This document shows, one piece after another, positions 17,001 to 24,232 of a DNA stretch of 24,384 nucleotides. The position numbers were made by a program, and so were the translations under genes. The notes under the pieces were generated by a model. It did not search any database. It had not been told where the DNA came from and was given only the letters and a program-made list of their open reading frames with translations. Location: positions 1 to 24,384 of IMG/VR virus record IMGVR_UViG_3300030433_002113, one strand, 5' to 3'. Each line of letters opens with the position of its first letter. The stretch's first letter is position 1. Origin of the DNA: a virus. Its lineage: Duplodnaviria; Caudoviricetes.

Positions 17001-18415
17001 GAAGAAAGGAAATTAGCATTTCCTGAGTCTAAGAAGTTAACATCTGTTAGCTTAGAAGAGATAGCAGATTTTACATCAGACATTCCATAGGTAAGTGTGT
17101 TCCCAGTGATTCCTGATTGATTATTTTCCATGAATAACCCAGCACAACCACTTCTAGTAATAAGTGTTAATGATTCGTTGTGACCAATAACCCTATCAGT
17201 CATCAAATGTCTACCAGAAGCTATGTGTAAACTGATATTCATATTCCAAGTAGATCTAGAATATGAGGTATCAGACTCAAGACAATCTAAAGTACTGTCT
17301 GGAGATTTGTAAATTATTTCATAATCTCTTCTATAGTTTGTTCCGCTGGATCTTACTACTAAGCCTGCGCCTTCAAGCTCTTCATCTTGCATGTAGCCAC
17401 AAACGCCGGGTTCACCTTCGCACATTCCGCTGGCAGCTAGATAAAGAGTTCTACACTCATAGGTACACGATGATATCTCATTATAAGTATAGTTATTAAG
17501 CTTAGCAGTACCACTAACAACTATGTCATTAAAGAAGCCGTCCCACTTGTAATCTTCACTACCCAAGGCATATACTTCTGTGGTCTTAGGTACTATATTA
17601 CCCTGAACAGTAACTAAGCCAAGAGATCCCAGCGGAGAATCTGTTCCAATACCTATTGCATCCCCAGAAAAGTTGATCTTCTGATTAAGGGACTTCCATT
17701 TATAACTATTGTGACCAAGGTGATGTAGCTCAGTCATATTTGGTGATACACCACCAGAAATCTGCAACGCACCTTCGTTATGAAGAGAATTTACAGCGAT
17801 GCCCAAGCGAAGGTCATCAAGCTCCCCATACATCAGTGGCGTTCCAGAACCATAGAGGCTTAAGTCACAGCCAGCATCACCACTAACATTGTGGGCTCCT
17901 AGATAAAATCTGTAATGGTCTCCACTACCAATGTAGTATCCAGCGCCATGCCCAATGGCAATATTAAAATCACCGTGCCTAGTGCCGTGTAGAGAATATG
18001 CCCCAAGGGCAACGTTCTTATCACCATAAACATTAATGCCTAGAGAAGCATATCCAAGAGAAGCATTGTTGCTCCCATATAGATTGCAACTATTTGAGTA
18101 AGCACCAATAGCGGTATTTCCCGATCCAATATAATTATTAGAAAGGGAAGAATATCCATAAGCCGTATTGTCTATACTTATGTAACCATCAAGATGAAGC
18201 TTTGACAAAGACTCTTGTCCTGCCCTTGTAGTTCTAACCGCTGGCGTAGAAAAGTTCTTGCTAACTAAATCTTGCCCACCAGTAAGATTATGAACAGAAT
18301 CTATAATATCAAGTAGGTTTTGTCTAACATCTCTTGGAGAAATGTCTTGCGTAGCGTTGTCTGCTAAGTCCCTATTGATATTAGAGACAAGCGTAGACTT
18401 ATCTTGAATAGTCAT
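14027..18415 (-). CDS. Fibre/adhesin-like virion protein with YadA-head-like beta-roll repeats (1462 aa)
   Basis: Repeats NTAIGAYS, NVALGAYSL, NIAIGHGAG, STAIGSKAL, SIAIGNNA, SVFIGNRAG/SVFIGPNAG/SVFIGNSAG; fibre motifs IGIGTDSP and YALGSEDYKW; N-terminal LADNATQDISPRDVR..LDIIDS. Confidence 0.78.
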   Translation of the reverse strand: MTIQDKSTLVSNINRDLADNATQDISPRDVRQNLLDIIDSVHNLTGGQDLVSKNFSTPAVRTTRAGQESLSKLHLDGYISIDNTAYGYSSLSNNYIGSGNTAIGAYSNSCNLYGSNNASLGYASLGINVYGDKNVALGAYSLHGTRHGDFNIAIGHGAGYYIGSGDHYRFYLGAHNVSGDAGCDLSLYGSGTPLMYGELDDLRLGIAVNSLHNEGALQISGGVSPNMTELHHLGHNSYKWKSLNQKINFSGDAIGIGTDSPLGSLGLVTVQGNIVPKTTEVYALGSEDYKWDGFFNDIVVSGTAKLNNYTYNEISSCTYECRTLYLAASGMCEGEPGVCGYMQDEELEGAGLVVRSSGTNYRRDYEIIYKSPDSTLDCLESDTSYSRSTWNMNISLHIASGRHLMTDRVIGHNESLTLITRSGCAGLFMENNQSGITGNTLTYGMSDVKSAISSKLTDVNFLDSGNANFLSSMHSVGSGAQVGHKMLSRGNQTNSHGFSSIYTDANDVVTTTQGASLPADGSPTDYSSASGINTVELGYQKNDRYSLTSHVGSTSRYAITVMKDPTFTVSSGRNTTNYNKWQVNPDAGLFGISNYSSEKLPKTIVNIQSTGDFSIRGTAPDGYVPKLELLSGPNDVNNWITSGNVTDAVRDGASFGGLVMEYLPSGGYRDLWSSGNPTDPSSARLYKRRHAIIGLVTGDSIGGSLDNSYTDLTTDGYNGYDLDTITDESATRFPHADYVYRSYIAFSESGVGVNNDEPHAPLTVDGDVNKDTTARGGVIAMRVQESGTAPRLSRHYGKFDFGDIVASGFSIAEQHSYGQASTLWYCDASGNNFELINNPLNPKNTTSFIANASGNTFLGFNSPQNRASWVINGYQRHNTAYGFEALTWGQYTQFSTAIGSKALLNLGSGIATGSGCVGVGYNTGANMTHAVDSIAIGNNATAHNHSKSITIGPNISSGVTRGSHDYSLLVGGGDDNILLYGKMGPNTSDKELTVVQAKLKVTSSTESDSLIIKHDQNAFGTDKVATVINKRDVSADHPDGGLVFTFTGANGNENTVVSMRHTDAPMADTSTFSPSTPARPLVGISGDLNVLGRINFADGTSMDSNASGVAPNPGIGLSLSVVSGINTFDTNIEELALAETQHPISDMNSYMYISTNGSVGKINISSLAGYIEVSGAARILANQNHVFSNTSIINPNINQYLHALGYKAGHNLIESDYAVMLGSEAGSYSDTAVSGVDSSVFIGNRAGYDAIAADNSVFIGPNAGNDAEDSRMSVFIGNSAGRDAKSAYSIGIGDNALESASGYYNLELITKQSQKLVVNNQDSRLNIGGTIAGSLRTQRISVGEATIVPSAVLHVNYNSTTHATTSNMQEWHVDGVMKASVNTFGAFDNVVEGVLDTDLWAPTTPTAPTSGEMILYGQNWSSGIHVFVTNRDSSLSGYDGAYIMAVKIGNEYRPMWMGCQGT
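14570..14705 (-). repeat. Tandem 42-nt (14 aa) SVFIGxxAG repeat, 3 copies
   Basis: DNA ccaatgaatac recurs at a 42-nt period. Confidence 0.85.
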
Positions 18416-18428
18416 ATTTTATTGTACT

Positions 18429-18887
18429 CTACTTAAAGCTTATTTCTAATTTCTCATAGTCAAATTTAACGTTATCACCTGCATAGATTACTCTTGGATT
18501 GTCTAAGGTGGCGTGCATTAAAACGTTGCCAGAACCATATAGAGAACTATCTACGATGGCAATACCTGAAACCCAGCCCCAATCTACGAGCGCAGTGTTG
18601 AAAACAATTTGACCACTATTTCTCACAACTCCACTGCCCTGATCATAATCTGCAGTTTTGTAAGACCATGAAGTTGGGGACGGAGCGCCAATACTGACTC
18701 TAGAATATCCCGTAGAATTGCCGGGATCAACTCCACTAGCAAGCTCTGGAATTGTACTACCAGTGTGGGAATCTAGAGGAGCACCGCTTGTCAAAGCGAT
18801 GGAAATATTACTTGGCGCAGAAAAAGACTGACCTCTAAAAATAAAATTCAACAGGCCAGACTCTAAATAGTCTGATAAAGCAGCCAT
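18429..18887 (-). CDS. Small virion structural protein of a widespread fibre-associated family (152 aa)
   Basis: Pattern M-ALSDYLE--LLN-IFRG..APS..IAL..GYSRV..N---I-F..DWG-V--IAI-D..GNVL..L..PR-I--GD--KF. SD AGGAG upstream. Confidence 0.75.
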   Translation of the reverse strand: MAALSDYLESGLLNFIFRGQSFSAPSNISIALTSGAPLDSHTGSTIPELASGVDPGNSTGYSRVSIGAPSPTSWSYKTADYDQGSGVVRNSGQIVFNTALVDWGWVSGIAIVDSSLYGSGNVLMHATLDNPRVIYAGDNVKFDYEKLEISFK

Positions 18888-18931
18888 TTTATACTCCTAA
18901 ATCCTTAAAAAATTAACACCTTCTAGTATCT

Positions 18932-18938
18932 TATACAC
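18932..18938 (-). promoter_or_regulatory. Putative late promoter motif GTGTATA (copy 2)
   Basis: Minus strand TTAGTGTATAAGATACTAG, directly after the terminator T-tract and about 45 nt upstream of the 152 aa gene. Confidence 0.6.
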
Positions 18939-18939
18939 T

Positions 18940-18980
18940 AAAAAAAAGAGCCACCCCCATATATCTGAGGGTGGCCTTTT
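18940..18980 (-). terminator. Rho-independent terminator after the major capsid gene
   Basis: Minus strand GCCACCCTCA-GATATA-TGGGGGTGGC (10-bp stem with one G-U pair) followed by TCTTTTTTTT. A T4 tract on the other side suggests it may be bidirectional. Confidence 0.85.
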
Positions 18981-19004
18981 GTTAAGTATGGTTATACTGA
19001 CAGA

Positions 19005-20012
19005 TTAGAATGATCCAAGGATAACTCTTCTATTGTCAAGTACACCAAACCCAATTTCAGCGAATCCGTAGTAACCAGCGCGCTGTTGTCTGTGAAGAGT
19101 AGGATCTTCAAATACAGTCAACTGCTCTTTAACTGGCATTACGAAGCTGTCATTAGAACCTTGATCCAAGCCAACTACGAGCTCAGTGTCAGATGCTTGA
19201 ACAGCACCAGAAAGCTGGCTGGTGAAGAAGGTTTGATATTCTTGTCCTTCTCCAAGCTCATCAAGGTCATGAAGGTTCACACCAAAGATACGTGTGATTG
19301 GAGCGCCGCCTTCAGCAGCAGTGTAGATCTCACGACGAGTTACTTCGTCAATTTGATCTAAGCCCCAGTTGCGAACGTCTTCCAGAGCTTCTGGAGAAAC
19401 GTATAGGTCAGTCAGACGACCACGACCAACAGAGGCGCTATTTCCGCCAGAGTTACGTCGCATAACAGTCTGCATCAGAGAAACCAATCTCTTGCTGAAC
19501 TGACCAGCGGTTGCGTCGGCATCATAAACAAGAACGTTTCTATCAACGCCAGCGGCCAACAATGTGTGCCATCCGTCGTCGTTCATCTTCTTGGTGAAGC
19601 CAGCTTCCAGAACTTGCATAGCGCGTGCTACGATGTCCCAGCGAGCGTCACGAGCGTATCGAAGCAAGTAGTCGATTGAGCTGGTGATGCTGTAAGTTGG
19701 GATCATTACGTAGTCGCCTTCGACTGCTCGTTCAGGAACACGACCGTGACCGGGATTAGTGTAAGCAACGTGCTCACCTTCTGCGCCCGGAGAAATTAAG
19801 TCCAATGGGAACTCGGTGCTTGCGCCCGGCTCAACATTGATAACTTCAAAAATATCGCCAAGGATGTTGCCTACCAAAACACCTTTACGGAGAGGCAATT
19901 CCAAAGCTTTAGCGAATTCACGCTGAGCTGCTTGTGCGACATTAAGATCAGCATCGCCCGACTTTTTAAGCAAGCCGATGAGTTCGTCGCTAGGTCTATT
20001 TGTAAAAGACAT
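19005..20012 (-). CDS. Major capsid protein (335 aa, HK97-like fold inferred)
   Basis: Follows portal, protease/scaffold and decoration genes; strong SD AAGGAG; followed by a terminator; capsid-like segments GRVPER-VEGD-V-IPTY-I, DLYVSPE, ITRIFG and C-terminal GYYGFAEIGFGVLD. Confidence 0.85.
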   Translation of the reverse strand: MSFTNRPSDELIGLLKKSGDADLNVAQAAQREFAKALELPLRKGVLVGNILGDIFEVINVEPGASTEFPLDLISPGAEGEHVAYTNPGHGRVPERAVEGDYVMIPTYSITSSIDYLLRYARDARWDIVARAMQVLEAGFTKKMNDDGWHTLLAAGVDRNVLVYDADATAGQFSKRLVSLMQTVMRRNSGGNSASVGRGRLTDLYVSPEALEDVRNWGLDQIDEVTRREIYTAAEGGAPITRIFGVNLHDLDELGEGQEYQTFFTSQLSGAVQASDTELVVGLDQGSNDSFVMPVKEQLTVFEDPTLHRQQRAGYYGFAEIGFGVLDNRRVILGSF

Positions 20013-20048
20013 TTATAATCTCCTTAAATTAAAAGCTAATGGTTAGGC

Positions 20049-20540
20049 TTACGATGCGTGACCGTAAGGCAAGTTGACTTCTACTTTAGCATAGCCATCT
20101 TCATCTTTGTCCGTCATGAAACGGCCAATTCCGAGAGCGCCTGATGCTGCAGCGCTAGGTGCGCCTGTAGAAATATTACCGGCTTCTTGGTCACAAGCGT
20201 AAGCAACATCGCCAACGTTTGGAGTACCAGTAATGTTATTAGTTACAACATACCCTTTTCTAAGGATTGTAACTTTTCCGCCCAACTGAACTTCATCTTT
20301 ATGTTGGTTAAGATGGGTACGAGTAAGGTCTTTATTAACTACATCGTTCAACAGGATTCCAACAGGAACGTCTGTCGAAGCAGCAGTCTTATATTTCACA
20401 AGGTTTACGCCCTGATCCATAGCTGCACCAGATGCAGTTGTAGAGTCATGAACAACAACTCCACCACGAGTAGCAGCAGCATTATTATAAAAGAAGCTGA
20501 TATCCGTTTGGAGTTCGTATCTATCTGCTTTAAGAGCCAT
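20049..20540 (-). CDS. Head decoration / capsid cement protein (163 aa)
   Basis: Lies between scaffold and MCP; PVGILLNDV, GGKVTILRKG-VVT, P-VGD-AY and IGRF pattern of beta-tulip decoration proteins; SD AGGAG. Confidence 0.7.
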   Translation of the reverse strand: MALKADRYELQTDISFFYNNAAATRGGVVVHDSTTASGAAMDQGVNLVKYKTAASTDVPVGILLNDVVNKDLTRTHLNQHKDEVQLGGKVTILRKGYVVTNNITGTPNVGDVAYACDQEAGNISTGAPSAAASGALGIGRFMTDKDEDGYAKVEVNLPYGHAS

Positions 20541-20565
20541 TTTAAATCTCCTATAAGATTAAAAG

Positions 20566-21243
20566 TTATTTACTAAAAACATTGTTCGACAACCAGTCTG
20601 CGACTGCTGCCTTTGTAGAATTAACTTCTTCTTCAGCTTCAACTAATGCTGCTTCTGTAGTTTCTACTTCCTCGAAAGCTTCTTCTAGCTCGGCTTCAGC
20701 TTCTTCAGAATCTTCTTCTGCTTGTTCTTCTGCTTCTGCTTCTTCAGCTTCTTCTTCGCTAGCTTTAGGTTTTACTCTAGCTTCTTCTTCTTTTTCTTCG
20801 TCTTTCTTTTTTGGTTTCATAAGAGCGACGATAGAATCGAAAGCTTCGTCTTCTAAAGCATCAAAGCTGGCAAGAGATTCTTCTACTTCTTCTTCGCTGA
20901 TTCCAGCTTCGATAAGAGCAGCTTTTCTCTTTTCCATCTTTTCTTTTTTCTTCATGTCTTCCATGTCTTTCATGGCTTCTGCCAATTCGGACTGAGAAGA
21001 TTGAAGAGCGTCTTCTAGTTCAGCAATTCTAGCTTGAGTAGACTTAACAGTTTCTTCAAGGTTAGCAATTGCTTCGTCTTTTGCCTGAACATCAGCTTCA
21101 AAAGCTTCAACCGTTGAGGCAAATTCTTTGTCTTTTGCTTCTTCGATTTGTGCCTTGATAGCCTCATTCTCGGCTTTGGATGCAGCCAAGTCTTCTTTAA
21201 GGCTTGCAAGCTGCTGTTCCAAGATCTGAGTATTATCTGACAT
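20566..21243 (-). CDS. Probable nested in-frame scaffolding protein (225 aa, MSDNTQILEQQ...)
   Basis: Internal ATG 21241-21243 preceded by ATAGGAGAAATTATA, at the protease/coiled-coil boundary. Confidence 0.65.
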   Translation of the reverse strand: MSDNTQILEQQLASLKEDLAASKAENEAIKAQIEEAKDKEFASTVEAFEADVQAKDEAIANLEETVKSTQARIAELEDALQSSQSELAEAMKDMEDMKKKEKMEKRKAALIEAGISEEEVEESLASFDALEDEAFDSIVALMKPKKKDEEKEEEARVKPKASEEEAEEAEAEEQAEEDSEEAEAELEEAFEEVETTEAALVEAEEEVNSTKAAVADWLSNNVFSK

Positions 21244-22032
21244 TATAATTTCTCCTATAGAAAGTTTATCAGTAACGTCTTCATTTATAATAAATGATTT
21301 GCTCTTTTCAAAAATTACACTTCTTGGATTGGCCGGTTTTGCAACTAAGCCTTTACCAGAAAACGCAATATTCTTAAGAGCTCTACCTACGGTATAATTT
21401 TCATACTTTCCTTCACCACCATAAGATCTAAGGTGCTTAGTCAAGAATGAAGACTCTTCTGTTCGTGCAACGACATGATTTTTGCCATCGGGGTCAACCA
21501 GCGCATAATCAAAGTCAGAGAACAAACATTCCATAGACACAAACCATTTTCCCTCTTCTATTTCGGCAATAATTTTATTCATTCGTTCTCTGTTTTCTGG
21601 ATCAGTCCAACTATTATAGAGAACTGCTTCAGTAACAATGTCGAAATCTTTAGGAGACTCTGCCTCATCAGCAGAAATCTTATTGCCATCCTTATCTAAT
21701 ACATAGGAGCTAGTAATATGCCCTATGATATCATTTTCGTTATGCATAAAGTTGAACTGCTTATCTTCAGGTGTACTGCGAGCAGCCCATGTAGCTTCAG
21801 GTGTAAAAACGTCGTCGTTCTTATTCCAACCTGTAGAAACTAAAACAGCTTCTAAATAGTAAAGGTCAAACTGGTCTGGATTGCTTTTACCTTCAGAAGC
21901 TAATATCTTCTTGATTACATCGTTTTGTTCGGGCTGGCTATTAGGTATAGCGACAGACGCAAACGCAACGCTAGCCTGAGATCTTACAATCTCTTCTAGG
22001 CCATCTTTTATCTCTTGTTGATATATTTTCAT
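20566..22032 (-). CDS. Prohead protease fused to an acidic coiled-coil scaffold (488 aa; start revised to MKIYQQ)
   Basis: N-domain with NKNDDVF, FNFMH..IIGH, WFVSMEC and FSGKGLV-KPANP, consistent with a head maturation protease; Glu/Ala/Lys-rich C-half. ATG at 22030-22032 has SD GAGGT. The track's start at 22062 overlaps the promoter motif and has no evident SD. Confidence 0.8.
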   Translation of the reverse strand: MKIYQQEIKDGLEEIVRSQASVAFASVAIPNSQPEQNDVIKKILASEGKSNPDQFDLYYLEAVLVSTGWNKNDDVFTPEATWAARSTPEDKQFNFMHNENDIIGHITSSYVLDKDGNKISADEAESPKDFDIVTEAVLYNSWTDPENRERMNKIIAEIEEGKWFVSMECLFSDFDYALVDPDGKNHVVARTEESSFLTKHLRSYGGEGKYENYTVGRALKNIAFSGKGLVAKPANPRSVIFEKSKSFIINEDVTDKLSIGEIIMSDNTQILEQQLASLKEDLAASKAENEAIKAQIEEAKDKEFASTVEAFEADVQAKDEAIANLEETVKSTQARIAELEDALQSSQSELAEAMKDMEDMKKKEKMEKRKAALIEAGISEEEVEESLASFDALEDEAFDSIVALMKPKKKDEEKEEEARVKPKASEEEAEEAEAEEQAEEDSEEAEAELEEAFEEVETTEAALVEAEEEVNSTKAAVADWLSNNVFSK

Positions 22033-22053
22033 GTGTCTTACCTCTAAAATAAG

Positions 22054-22060
22054 TATACAC
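22054..22060 (-). promoter_or_regulatory. Putative late promoter motif GTGTATA (copy 3)
   Basis: Minus strand TTTGTGTATACTTATTTTAGAGG, about 22 nt upstream of the protease ATG. Confidence 0.6.
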
Positions 22061-22091
22061 AAATTCTTTTTAAGTATTTAAACGGCTGATT

Positions 22092-24167
22092 TTAGTATGA
22101 GAATTCAACAAACAAACTTACAGCGTTTGATCTGAAGTCGTTTATGCTCATTTCATCAAGCGTTACATTTTTTGAAGCCAGCAGAGATTTGAACTCTTTA
22201 GATATAGACTTTTGGCTGGCGAGAATTTTCATTACAGATGACTCATCAACGCTCGACATTATTTCTAAATTATAGAGCACATCAAGCTTCATCTTTTCAA
22301 GATCGTGAACTTCAGCTTTTGTTATTTGTCTAAGATTAGACTTGCCATTCATACTGAGATAAGCTGAATTAATTATATTGGATATGGAATCAAAAGACTT
22401 GTTTGCCCACAAGATAGTCTCAGCTAGTCCGGGAACAGATCTTGGTTTTTCAACCCTTTGTTTTCTTGGCTCAGTATCAATGACATTGAGAGGTCTACCC
22501 GGATCTTGTGGCATTTCTTTCTTAGGCTCTTGCTCAGGATTTGAAGGAGCATCTTTTTGGGGCTCTTCTACTGGCTCTTCTTTTATTGGCAAGCCTTTTT
22601 CTTCTAAAAACTCTTCATTGTCTAAAAGGTCTTTATTAAGAGCAATCTTTTCAATCTCATTGTCATGCTGAGGATTGTGATAAGGCCCTGCTTTCTTAGG
22701 CATCGTATCCTTCTTCCTATCGCTGGCTTCTCGTCTAAGTCTGATCTTTTCAACAGGTGCAATTTCTTTGAATCTTTCAAGAACTGTTTCATGAGATATA
22801 ATATCTCTATCAGCAAGTTGCAATAATAAGTTCTTCTCACTTGTTTCATCTGCTAGGCTCATTTGGTCAAAATGAATATGAGCACCTTTTCTAAAGCCCA
22901 TTGCCTTTCGCACAATCTCTAGCTCGTGATGCCAAAACTTAACAAGCAAGTCTCTACCATACTGAAGTCTTTCGACTAATGTTTTTAGCGAGATAAAGTT
23001 GTTGGTAAATCCACCACCATTTCCAGCCATGCCAGTTAGAGTAGGAGGAACGCCTAAACCCGCATAGATACTATTCAAAACAGATTGATATTTTTCAGAT
23101 CCTAAGAACTTGTAAACTTGACTGTTTGACTCTGTATATGATAACTCCGGCCCCCAAACCAATTCCATAGTACCGCCGCCAACATTAGAGGCAAGAATAT
23201 CTCTCAACTTATTAATGGCTGCTTTGTTAGGGAGGATTTTATGATCCAAGCTACCAATAGTCCACAGTCTGATATTTGAAATAGCTCCATCTAACGCAGA
23301 TAAATCAGCAAGCCTCATTTTTTCTAGCATAATAATATCATCTAATATAGCATAGATCATTGGGTTTGCCCATTGGCTCCAATCGTCTTTCTTATAATAG
23401 AATGTTCTAACTCTTTCAGCCTCAAGAGGTATCTGGCGGTCGCCCCTCTCTACAGCATTTCTTACATTTGCAGGAAGAGTTTGAAGGATATCAGTAGGAA
23501 TTCCGTCTTCACCAAATTTAGTAGATAGAGAGTTTTTGATGGACAGACTTTTACGACCCATGAACATAGACATGTCGCCGTCTTTTATGTTTATTGTTAG
23601 CGGGTTGAAGAAATTATATCTCCAAGGAATCTGATTTTTAACCACGTTAGGAATGTCTACTTTGATATCACTAGCTAAAGACTTCATATAGCTGGAAAGT
23701 TCTGGTGTCACGTTTGCATTACTTCTGTAAATAATAACGTTACCAGTTCTATATAGGTTGTTCAAAAACCTTTCTGATCTTTCTTTGCCGTTGACCTTTT
23801 TAAACCATTGATTGAAGAATCTCTCTGCGCTTTTGTTTTCATGTACTAGATTGATACCTTGACTTCCAAAGTCACCCATCAAGTCGATAACATTCCTAAT
23901 GATACCAACCTTATCATATGCATCCATGCACATCTTGATAGCAGTCTTGTATTTTCTAGATACCTGCTCGTCTGGTCTAAACGAATAATAGTCGTTGGCT
24001 GTGAAGCCCGGACGGACAGAACGATTTGGCTCAATGTCTATGAAGTTTCTGTAGTGGTTCGCTGTAGATTTTTGCACCCCGCCAACGGATTCTAATGCTT
24101 CTCTACCATAATTAGCATACGCTATCTTTTGCTCTTCTGGATTGCTCCAAGTGGACATATCTGCCAT
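22092..24167 (-). CDS. Portal protein (691 aa)
   Basis: Position between the terminase-like end and the protease; portal-like segments AY-KVGIIRNVIDLM-DF, LYRTGNV, DW-QWA-PMI, KYQSV--SIY-GLGVPP-L; charged/Pro-rich tail with a GRP motif. Confidence 0.8.
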   Translation of the reverse strand: MADMSTWSNPEEQKIAYANYGREALESVGGVQKSTANHYRNFIDIEPNRSVRPGFTANDYYSFRPDEQVSRKYKTAIKMCMDAYDKVGIIRNVIDLMGDFGSQGINLVHENKSAERFFNQWFKKVNGKERSERFLNNLYRTGNVIIYRSNANVTPELSSYMKSLASDIKVDIPNVVKNQIPWRYNFFNPLTINIKDGDMSMFMGRKSLSIKNSLSTKFGEDGIPTDILQTLPANVRNAVERGDRQIPLEAERVRTFYYKKDDWSQWANPMIYAILDDIIMLEKMRLADLSALDGAISNIRLWTIGSLDHKILPNKAAINKLRDILASNVGGGTMELVWGPELSYTESNSQVYKFLGSEKYQSVLNSIYAGLGVPPTLTGMAGNGGGFTNNFISLKTLVERLQYGRDLLVKFWHHELEIVRKAMGFRKGAHIHFDQMSLADETSEKNLLLQLADRDIISHETVLERFKEIAPVEKIRLRREASDRKKDTMPKKAGPYHNPQHDNEIEKIALNKDLLDNEEFLEEKGLPIKEEPVEEPQKDAPSNPEQEPKKEMPQDPGRPLNVIDTEPRKQRVEKPRSVPGLAETILWANKSFDSISNIINSAYLSMNGKSNLRQITKAEVHDLEKMKLDVLYNLEIMSSVDESSVMKILASQKSISKEFKSLLASKNVTLDEMSINDFRSNAVSLFVEFSY

Positions 24168-24219
24168 TTTTTATCTCTCTTCAAATCAATTGGAATGTTA
24201 ATCGGAATGGTTACAATAT

Positions 24220-24226
24220 TATACAC
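24220..24226 (-). promoter_or_regulatory. Putative late promoter motif GTGTATA (copy 4)
   Basis: Minus strand ATTGTGTATAATATTGTAA, 6 nt after the upstream stop and about 53 nt upstream of the portal ATG; contains a perfect TATAAT. Confidence 0.6.
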
Positions 24227-24232
24227 AATATC

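Noticed and set aside
5642-18415. The 1462, 755 and 2032 aa ORFs share one frame, separated only by TAA+3 nt and TAA+15 nt; the 452 and 297 aa ORFs are also in frame across a TAG
   Set aside because: Read-through or stop-codon reassignment is not supported. Each junction has a one-in-three chance of being in frame, downstream genes have their own ATG and plausible N-termini, and TAA, TAG and TGA all end genes here without fragmenting long ORFs.
22033-22062. Track start MCILILEVRH for the protease
   Set aside because: It overlaps the GTGTATA motif and has no evident SD; the ATG at 22030-22032 has GAGGT at normal spacing.
1785-24095. All plus-strand ORFs and the short alternative-frame minus ORFs in the track (e.g. 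7590-8123, 10452-10847, 20582-20995, 9127-9333, 14545-14766)
   Set aside because: They overlap long, well-supported minus-strand genes, have no evident RBS or recognisable motifs, and are the expected shadows of biased codon usage.
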